DNA of 62,025 nt, filler included, from Choristocarpus tenellus KU-1152 (lineage: Eukaryota; Protista; Phaeophyceae), in NCBI GenBank assembly GCA_964200185.2. It is 8 parts of 8 records of this genome, joined end to end, with 100 filler letters (N's around TTAATTAATTAA, not from the genome) between each part and the next. Parts side by side here need not be neighbours in the genome. Positions count along the whole stretch, not along the records: positions 39,687 to 55,201 come from CAXNAD020000984.1; positions 55,302 to 62,025 come from CAXNAD020007483.1; 6 more parts are not named here. One strand, given 5' to 3'. Shown here piece after piece: positions 52,911 to 62,025 of this stretch. The position numbers and the translations under genes are program-made. The stretch's first letter is position 1. Every line of letters begins with the position of its first letter. A model generated the notes under the pieces. The model did no database searches. It saw nothing but the letters and a program-made list of their open reading frames with translations, and was not told the origin of the DNA.

Positions 52911-55502
52911 TGACGCTGAGTCAATGCCCGCCCCATACCCTATGAATGCCTTACATTGCATCTCGCCAAAATCTCCCTTTGTTCAATATTCTCAAATTTC
53001 CCCTGGACTAACAAACTTACCTTGTGGACAGAAGCCACCTCACAGTCCTGAGTAGAGCATGTCTCCTCCCCCTCTTTGGGACTTTCTCTGGGATTTTCCT
53101 TTGGGGATAGCTGGGCAACTGAAGCTGCGTCTCTGCATCTGGAATGAACAAGCAACAATCAAGAAATAGGTCGATCCCACCCAAGGCAGAACCCAGCTCT
53201 AAGTAGGTCAGGACTGATGCCTAGAGGTACAGCATGAGTGATAGATCGAATTGCGTATGAGTAAGCATTGATTAAGGGGCACTTCACTGATAAGAGAAAG
53301 CTCCGCTCTGAGCATACTACTGGGTAAGAAAGCTCCCCCAACTGCCATTCTTCATGCACACTTCTAGGTGAGAGGAAACGCTAAATGCAGTAGACAAATT
53401 TCATACATCCCACTATCTCCCCTTCTCAATGATCAATGCTTTTGAACCTAAGGAACACTCACTGGCTAGGTCTTGCGGGAGGCTCTGCTTTTGGCAGATT
53501 GCTGCCTTCTTTCAGCTTCCTGGCCTGCTTGTTGCTCTTGTGTCTTGCCTTCTTTTCCCTTTTCTTCTGTGTTTTTCTGTCTTCATCAGTTTTTGTTGTC
53601 TCTGACTCAGGCTTGCCAGAATCACTCCGGTTATTTTCCTTCAGGATCATTTACGTGGTTGCTGGGAGCATTAATGGCCATTGTCAAGTTCAATGCATGT
53701 GTCGAACAATTTGGAGTTTCATGGATCACCCGTACTCTATGTGAACGGGTGGAAAATGTATCACAGAACACTGACATGGAGAAGGTGACAAATAGAGCCC
53801 AGGAGGCGACTTTGTAATACTCCAGGAGGCTGCAAAGCGTACAGAGTCAATCAACCAGCCTCACTGACCCAAAGCATATTTCAGCTTCACCCGCGGCTCA
53901 GGTGTTTTCCCAACAAACCGAAAAGCGAGATAGGAACATTGAGGCGACCGACGCCTGCGTCATGTGTGCGTTCTGCAGGGGCGCAACCACTGCAGCAACA
54001 CCCAAATCAAAACCACATTTATGAGACACATGCACATACAACCGCTAGTGAGTTGGAATGTTCCTACTTCTTCACTTAGACATAGCTCACACTGACTTCT
54101 TACCCCTCTGTGTACATGCTTGGTCTGTGTACCATGAAAGACCTTACGATTACAATAAGCAATTATTGCCGCTCTTGGAATCTTGCATCATTTTGGAAAC
54201 CATGAAACCAAAAATTTCTACTAAACTCCAAAATATTTTTCACCTGTACTGATTGAGATGAAGATATCAAGGTACATTTGTACTGCAGGTAGAGCTGCAA
54301 AAATAGCATGTGAAACGACTCATTGACTATATTGATTGCAATAGCTCAGGTGAATATGTGCTGCGGATGGATGCCTGTGAAATTACTCTACATTAACCGG
54401 TACAGGAAAAGAAATAAGATGTTTCAAAGCGAGTCTTTATGAGATCAGAGTGATTTGAAAATTTTACTGTGGTGTCAAAGGTTTTTGCTATATTACCTAC
54501 GCCATGGAAAGGGTTGCACCTCCCTCTGCAATCAGAGCATTTCTACATACTTCTCTTGATTAACCTTCTCCTAGGAATATATAAATCCCACTGATTCATA
54601 TCACAGTTCGGACTATACAAACAATTGTCGCTCTGAACGTAGCTGCCCATACATTTGCCGTACCAAGTGTAAATGACTGAATGCACATTAGCTTCGACTT
54701 TAAAGTGTAGACACATCTGTGTGGTATCCTTTGTGGCTGGGCAGTCAATGCTGTCTGGCCTGTATTGTACAAAACTGGTATGGGAGAATGACCTCATACT
54801 TTGTCAGTTTTCACACTGCAGTTCACCACCACTCTTAATAAATATGTGTTCTAGTAGGTGGTAAGCATTTCTTGTGAATGTGGTGCATGGCTGAACGTTG
54901 TGCTTACAAATTTTGGTTCACAGAGACTTTCTGCATCAGGGTTTCTCCAAACGGGAAAGCAGATTAGTGCAGACATGAATGACATCACAGGGTCTCAACA
55001 GGTAGAGATTGAAGTATTTGCTTACCTCTCTCAAATCACAATGCCGCTGTCCAATGTCACAAGAATATCCCTGGGATATACACAAGGGAAAAACAACATT
55101 GTATCAATGGTAAAAGAGAGTGAGAACACTATATGGAGTGGTGTGGAGGCAAGGAGGACGTGGACAGGACCATGTTATACTGGTAAAGCATCGAGCAGTG
55201 GNNNNNNNNNNNNNNNNNNNNNNNNNNNNNNNNNNNNNNNNNNNNTTAATTAATTAANNNNNNNNNNNNNNNNNNNNNNNNNNNNNNNNNNNNNNNNNNN
55301 NAAAGGGGGGGGTGCCAGAGGAGTATGGCAGAAAAGGTTGGGACAGGTGGGGTGGGCGGTGTTGGGAGGGCAAGGTGTGGAGTCGGAAGGAATGGGGTTG
55401 GGGGGCATGGGGAGAAGTACAAGTAGTACAGGGATGCCACGATACGGAGGGGTATACGCGAAGCACCGTTTAGCAGGTGGGGTGTGTGGGAGGCCATGGT
55501 AG

Positions 55503-58500
55503 TTGCCACAGCACAGGTTGAGTACAGGCGACGACCAAGACCAGGCAGGAACCAGCAATACAGTGAAGGACAAACGAGCAGATGATCTGAGTAGGAGGTG
55601 GAGGAATCATCTAAAGTTGGCCTGCCAGTGGATGTGTAGAAAGGTTGAGCTACCATGGTACAGCAGATGTAACACCAGTGGGGGTCAACATGCACGGGAA
55701 GTTGTCTTTCAGTATGAAGGCCCTGTCGGACCCAGGGTCAGGGATCACAGGCATGTCCGAGAGCCTGGTGAAAAAATGCAGCAGCATTTTGGTGGAGCAG
55801 TGATAACAAAGCCATTCCACCAGTCCTTCCTCAAAAAGGTCGCAAATAGCTTCTCTGAGACCATCAGGAACGTGACTCATCCATTAAATGTGGCACTCCA
55901 CTCGGGCTGTGGACCCGTGGTGGTGAGAAATCTTGACTTGGCAGTTATGCCAGGCAATGATGACGTGTTAATTGTGGGCAGCAAGGCATTGCGGGGCGTG
56001 TTAGGCTTTGACATGAAGCAATCCTTCAAGGAGGCACCCTGAAGGAAGACAGAACTGCACATCACAGGTGTGGAACAAGATATTACTTCTACGCAGCGTG
56101 TGAGTGTTAGGATGGAGGTGGTGCAGGAGAGCTGTTAAAACATAGGCTACTCATTTGTTTTTGTTGATATGACAGTGTACCACCAGTCAATAGTGCCTGT
56201 TGATTGGTCCGTTACGCACTGGTCGTTACTGTCACTAGTTCATCTTCACCACATCAATTACCGTCAGAACAACGCAATACAGAGCAGTCGCTCCACATCC
56301 CACACACAGGTATAGTATGCGTCACTTGAGTTGCATCACATATTGATTCAAGCTTGTTCTGTTGTTCTGTTGTTTGCCCTTTCTTGTTTTCTCTCTCTTT
56401 CTTTTTCTTAGCAGCAGAAGATGACAGTTGTACGTTATTTGTTGATATTTTTTCTGTCTTGGTTATCATTGACCCCTCTAATGCACCAAGCTCACTCTGC
56501 AATAAGTGTACCTGATGCACGCCTGGATGTTATATGTTCAGAGATACACCTTGTTAAAACATAGGCTACTTATTCGATTTGTTTTGATACGATACAGCAT
56601 CGTCAGCTCACACACTGAATGCTAATTCGTCCATTGTACTGGTTGCTATTCCCATTCCCATCATTAGTTCATCATCACACTTTACTCAACCACTGTAAGT
56701 ACATCACAGTGGATAGAAAGCATAGGAACAGTCGCTGCCCATCATACACACATACTATGAGGGATATTAGTTATGTTTGAGTGAAAGTATCTTAGAGGGT
56801 ACGAGTTTTTCCCTGTTGTCCATTTGGGGCTTGGCTTCTCACGGGTTTTTAATGACATTTTACTTACTCCAAAATGTTTCTGAGTAGGTAAAACGTATAC
56901 TTTATGAAAAGGTGTGTCTGGAATAAGGTTATTGACATCTCCGAACAAACACGATAGCCAAAATTACATCAAAATTGCAACATCAGATTTTGGTCCCCAA
57001 TTGGACGGATGTACCCTCTAAGATACATTGGCTCTTTGATATGGATTCAAGGATGTCTTCTTGTTTCTTCTTTGTTTTTACTTCTTCATTTCCATGACGC
57101 AATACGTATAAGACACACACCGGGATGCAATATAAACATAGTCAAAACCATGCTTCAAAACCCTTCTCTGCCAAGGTGACAACCCTCTTCACAGAGGATA
57201 AATTTCTTCATTTGAATGTCTCAATGAATGACCACACAGATTCCACCAATCACCGTCTGCTTGAGTAATATATGCCACAGACATATTAGTACCCATCTCA
57301 CTTCAACCAAAGTCTGATTGAGTAAGAAATTCCTTCAGACACATCGAACCGAACCCGCAGGTGTCTTGTTGCACTATGACACACACTTGCTTCTAACCGT
57401 GCTAATCACAGCACAACCAAACATACCTTCACATCGAACACTGTCTGATTGAATACAACATGTCATCAGACCTACCAGAACAAATTCATCAGTGCTTTGT
57501 TGCGTTATGACCTCCTTTGTCACAAACCAGACACGTCACCACAGAGTATATACTTCTTTCGTTGAGTATCTCAAGAAAGAACACTGAACTCATATAACAT
57601 CATTCTTGACTGAGCGATCAATGACCTCAGTTACAACAGAATAAATACATCGGTGCCTTGCAGCACTATGACTTCCCTTCACAACACAGACTACGCATTT
57701 TACTCACAAGTACGATGCATTCGATCAGGGTTTAACAAGAGCACGGGGACAGCTCATCTGGACAGAGGCGATGACTCCGTCTCTACACTACTGGAGCAAG
57801 ACCCTGAGCTCGTGATGGACCCTGCAGAGGAGGGAAAATAACAGAGCTGGATGGCAGGATTTGTGGACCTGCTGGTTGTACTAGGGATGCTGAGGTGAAC
57901 CCCACAGGATGTATGGAGCAGCCCATCATTGCCTTTGCTCAAGCCTGAGAGGCGGGTCTACCGACTGGTGACGGATTTCAGTGTGGTGAACCATGGTCTC
58001 ACAGGTGGTGGAGCTCTCACACCCCAGGGAGGAGTGTCCTGTGCTGATGTCTCCAGACACCTCTGACAAGCACTGGGAGTGTTGTGCTAAACAGATCCCT
58101 TAGGTGGAACTGAATAGAGGCATGGCGGTGGAGATATGAGCCATGAGCCGCTGGTATTTCTGAGTGGTTCTTTATTGGGTCACAGATAAGCTGGATCACG
58201 GTGGATAAGGCGGTGTTCGCAATCGTGGGGACTTACCGGCGCCTGGAGTGGGTGCTCTGGCAGGTGACCCACATATTTTGTGACTATTGCAATCTCGCAC
58301 ATATCTTTTGCCCATCCTTGCGTGTCGCAGATCTGTCCAAGACCATTACTCACCGTCTTCTTCATTGGGTCATGTTTCTGGGACAGTACGACTACACCAT
58401 CCAGCACATCGCTGGAGAACGAAACTGCAGGGGGGACTTTTTGTGTCCAGGTGGACTGATGTCCCTGCAGTGGCGGTGCGAACCGTAGCCGTGTCTACGG

Positions 58501-59090
58501 AGGTGCAGGGAGAGGACACCCTGTGATCGAGAGCAGCGGTGCATGAGGCACAGCTAGCGGCCAGCAAGGCTCTAGTGGGTGTGACGGTGCATGCAAGTGG
58601 AGGATTTATGACCTCTGCTGGTCGCGTACATCAAGACCAGGATGGCATGATGCAGGTGGGTGCTGAGAAAATAGCCCCACTGTGGATACCTGATGAGTCA
58701 AAGGATCTGCGGACACGCCTCACGGTGTGTCCACACATGGGTGAAGCTGGGCATCGTTGCAGGGCAGCAATGGTACAGCGCCTGAAGAGGTTGTGCTTCT
58801 ATGCAAGCAAGGAGCAGAGCGCAACCAAGGATATGAAGCTAACATCCCAGTACATGCAGAACCTGGGGGATTTTAAAATGTCTGGAACTCTGGCATTGCA
58901 CAGGGTAGAAGGGTATGAATACCAGGTTTTGGTGGATTGGTTGCGGTTTAGTGAGGACGAGAGGACATGGGAGTCACTCTCTTCCATTCTAGAGGATGCT
59001 CCTATCTTCCTATGTAAACGTTGAAGAACCTGAAGTTGCATGCTCAAGTACGCAATGCGATTAGGCTGCAGTACAAGATTGACATATGAG
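55503..59090 (+). mobile_element. Decayed Ty3/Gypsy chromodomain LTR-retrotransposon internal region with nested insertions
   Basis: Protease-like end (…DVLIVGSKALRGVLGFDM). RT fragment WSSP…RLVTDFSVVN (~57910-57990). RNase H (EPLVFLSG…DKAVFAIV…HIFCD…RLLHW…YDYTIQHIAGERN). Integrase Zn-finger start (LWIP…CPHMGEAGHR). Chromodomain (YQVLVDWLRFSEDERTWES). Frameshifts and large deletions; 56135-57700 is inserted DNA. Confidence 0.85.
56779..57034 (-). mobile_element. MITE family A copy 6
   Basis: GAGTGAAAGTATCTTAGAGGGTA…TACCCTCTAAGATACATTGGCTC; TSD TTT. Confidence 0.9.
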
Positions 59091-61754
59091 TTGGATATTG
59101 TATGCTGTTCTTTGCCGAGCTGGCAATCTTGCTACTATTGGTAGCATGCTTGGCTCTGAGGGTGTTGTAGACACAGCATGGCCTAACATAGCTGAGTCGT
59201 TTGCATTATTTGATGTTTGGAGCATATGTGGTCCTTGACAGGACCTATGCTCACTCCTTTAACAAATAACAGAGCTGTAAGCCCCAATGTGGGGTGAAGT
59301 TCTTACAAGCCATCAAAATATCAGTTCCTGTGGTTGAACTGTGTCTATAGTGGATAGGTCTATGAGTAGGGCAGCCCGCAGGCGGAAGTTGTTGATGGTT
59401 TCTCCGAAGCCTTCCAGTTCCGCCTTGGCTCTGTAGAGGCAGAGAAGCTACTGATCAGGATCCTCGCCAGGTTCCATCGTGCAGTGTTCAGTTACTGCCT
59501 CATGTGCAAAATAGGACAATTGTAAGGTGTACCCTATTTTTTATGTGAGATTGTGGCATTGGATTGAGTCCATGTGGTGTAACTAAGGAGATAATACATC
59601 CGGTTTATGTATGGGGATTATGTATGGGATTAGTTCTGCAGTTAAACTACTCTGACATAACCATTGACTTACATCTGAGGTGCAAATAATGATATAAAAG
59701 CAATAAGAAGACACCCCACAAGGTCAATCTTCTTTTCAACCATGTAAACATATTCAGCAATGGGGAATCGTGTGAGGCTCACACTTTCTTGTTCTTCACT
59801 ACCGATCAAATAGCAATACCTTCCAAGGTTAACTGAACACCTCGTACTTGGTCTTGAGTGCATGCTAAGTGGAGAAGCCATCGTTGAGGTTGGTCTCATC
59901 ATAATGCTGGAGGTCATGTCTTTGGCAGGTCCGCGACAGGTGGTGAGAAGTATGTCAAACAGTTGGTTGTTGTCTTCCGCTTAGGTAGATGTGGGGTGAT
60001 GGTGGTAGGGGTTGTGGGGGTGATGGTGACAGAAGGGCAGAAGAAGCTCTGGACCAGGATGTGATGGGTCTGAGGCGCCACACAGCTCAGGATTCCTACA
60101 ATACCCAGTTTAAAGGCGTCCCACGAGGAATCGTCTCCAGAGAAGATGGGAAGTTTCAGGGTGTATCCCTTGACAATACGGTAGGATTATCTGACGTGGT
60201 GGAAGTGGTAAGTAGTGCAAGGCGAGGTTGTGTGAGTTGTGTATGTGTTGAGGCTCTTAACATGTTGAACCTGAGACTGAATGAATCGTGCTTTCTCATG
60301 CAGCGACATGTTTGTAGAAAAGGGGTGTCATAGTACAGTGAAGTACTGGTGAATTAGTTCTGATGAACCTAGTCACATGCTGTGCACAGTCAGAGGTTAT
60401 TTGGTACAAAATTATGTGTATTCCTTGAGACACCCAAAGGAAGAAATGCTTGCTCTGAGTAGAGGCTTATCATCTTGTGAAGAAGGGTTTCTAAGGACGT
60501 TTTAACTCTGAATATATTGCATCCAGTTGTGTATCAGATACACTTAACGCAGAGTGAGCTTGATGATTTAGGTGGGGGCAATCCCAACCAGAGAAAAATA
60601 ATCAACATATGATATACAACTAGTGATTCTGATATAAAGAAAAAATTAGCAAAGAAACAAACTTGAATCAATACCTGTGATATCTCATATGGCACATAGT
60701 ATGGTTGTATGTTTGATAGGTGGCGACTGTTCTATGCTTCCTATGTAACACGATGTTCTGACAGTGATTAATGATGCTATGATGAGGTGCCAAAGATGTA
60801 GATGGGAGTAACAACCAGTACTGATGTGCAAATCAACAGTCCAGTATGAACTGGTAATACTGTATATTGCATCAAGAATACAAAAGATTCATAGCCTATG
60901 TTTTAACAGGGAGACCCCAGCTTTGGCTGCTCATTTATGGAAGGATATGCGGTGTAACGATGGGATATCCCAACTGTCAAGGATAATTGTACGGCGGCTA
61001 CATCACCCTTGCGACACAATACAAGGTCCTGCATTCACCTCGTGCGATCTGACTGTCATACTCCTTCAGATGATGGAACACCGGTGATTCAGGGAATTCC
61101 AAAGTCCTCCACGATAGCTGCCACTGTCCTGCAGGCATCTGAGTCTCGCGCCCTCTTGCCTCAAGGCATTGTGCAACCAAGCTGTTCTTCGTCGGGTTGT
61201 TTGAGTCTGGAACCCGGACAGACTTCTGGGCTGAAGAATTGGAACCGATGAGTAACAACGGGATGAGCGAGCCACTCGAACGACGGGGAGCCTTCACCCT
61301 AGGCATCCCAATAAACACTCGCTTTGACAGTTTGACGAGGTTTTTGAACCCTGTCAAACTCGGCTTAGTCGTCTTTGTACTAGTGATCCTCAATATAGTC
61401 ATCCATCACAGTCTACCATCTCAAACTTTGCACACCTCCCAATCAATATGAGAACTAAGCCTTATCCAGAGGGTTTATCCAGGTGGGTTGTTCCCAGGCA
61501 AGATGGGACCTTGCAAAAGTCATGTCATATTTCATTCTGAACAGAGGAGGAAGTATATATACAATACCATCAATAATTTTTCTCGTATAGTGGTACCAAT
61601 AGCTTATGCGTCTGGGGTTGTCCCGTCATAACTTTTGATGTAGACATCATACTAAAAAATAAAAGCATAGTCGTGACGCCTGTCACAACGCCCTCCAGAG
61701 TATGGACTTTGTTTTTGTTAGCCATTTTTTCTTTTTTTGAAGAAAAATCGGTCA

Positions 61755-61822
61755 TATTGGGGTTCGAACCCTGGATCGTAGGTCACCAAGAGTGGCAACA
61801 GATATATATCACTTGATTAAAG
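61755..61822 (-). mobile_element. tRNA-derived SINE-like head
   Basis: Minus strand reads TAATCAAGTGA (weak A box) … CAGGGTTCGAACCCC (canonical B box / T-arm); no complete cloverleaf. Confidence 0.4.
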
Positions 61823-61844
61823 TATAGGGTTTAGGGAGGAAAAA

Positions 61845-62025
61845 AGCCTCCCCACCCTTTCTTCCTGTGTGTTCATGTACCCACTCTTTGACCTTGGCGA
61901 GGATGTCCTCGTCGAGGCCCAGAACGAAATACCTCTCGTTGCACCCTTGCTCTGACACCTTGATGTGGCCCTTAGTTAGGAAGTCTCTCTTCCATTTACT
62001 CACAGTTTCCGACCCGACCATCGCA
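61845..62025 (-). mobile_element. Fragment resembling the N-terminal HTH region of a Tc1/IS630-like DDE transposase
   Basis: TVSKWKRDFLTKGHIKVSEQG…LDEDILAKVKEWV resembles the W.R.F…G….S.QG…DEDI…W pattern recalled from fungal and stramenopile DDE elements. No catalytic core visible. Confidence 0.4.

Overview
Eukaryotic, intron-rich DNA, most consistent with a flagellated photosynthetic stramenopile, probably the brown-algal lineage. This is inferred from a flagellar outer-arm dynein, a protein with a bipartite plastid-type presequence and TTAGGG tracts. The window is not one continuous locus: seven 100-bp N...TTAATTAATTAA...N linkers join eight contigs, so adjacency across them cannot be trusted. 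Host genes: (1) 25 reconstructable exons of an axonemal outer-arm dynein heavy chain (5813-19485, +, partial at both ends, two GC-AG introns); (2) a WAPL cohesin-release factor (22778-20128, -, 3' partial); (3) a probable plastid-targeted single-TM protein (27217-28550, +); (4) the N-terminal exons of a UBE4/UFD2-like E4 ligase (36723-34371, -). The rest is mostly transposon-derived: a ~258-bp MITE family (6 copies, GAG...CTC consensus TIRs, 3-bp TSDs), a related poly-G TIR family, an intron-containing Sola/DUF7869-type transposase pseudogene, a chromodomain Ty3/Gypsy remnant, tRNA-derived SINE-like heads and several mini/microsatellites. The most unusual item is a decayed ORF with a ParB/Srx-like CLNGQHR motif (about 3155-4450). 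Removing an inserted MITE restores its frame, and it lies inside a TIR- and inverted-repeat-bracketed segment. All protein family calls are from motif recognition by eye; no database searches were run.
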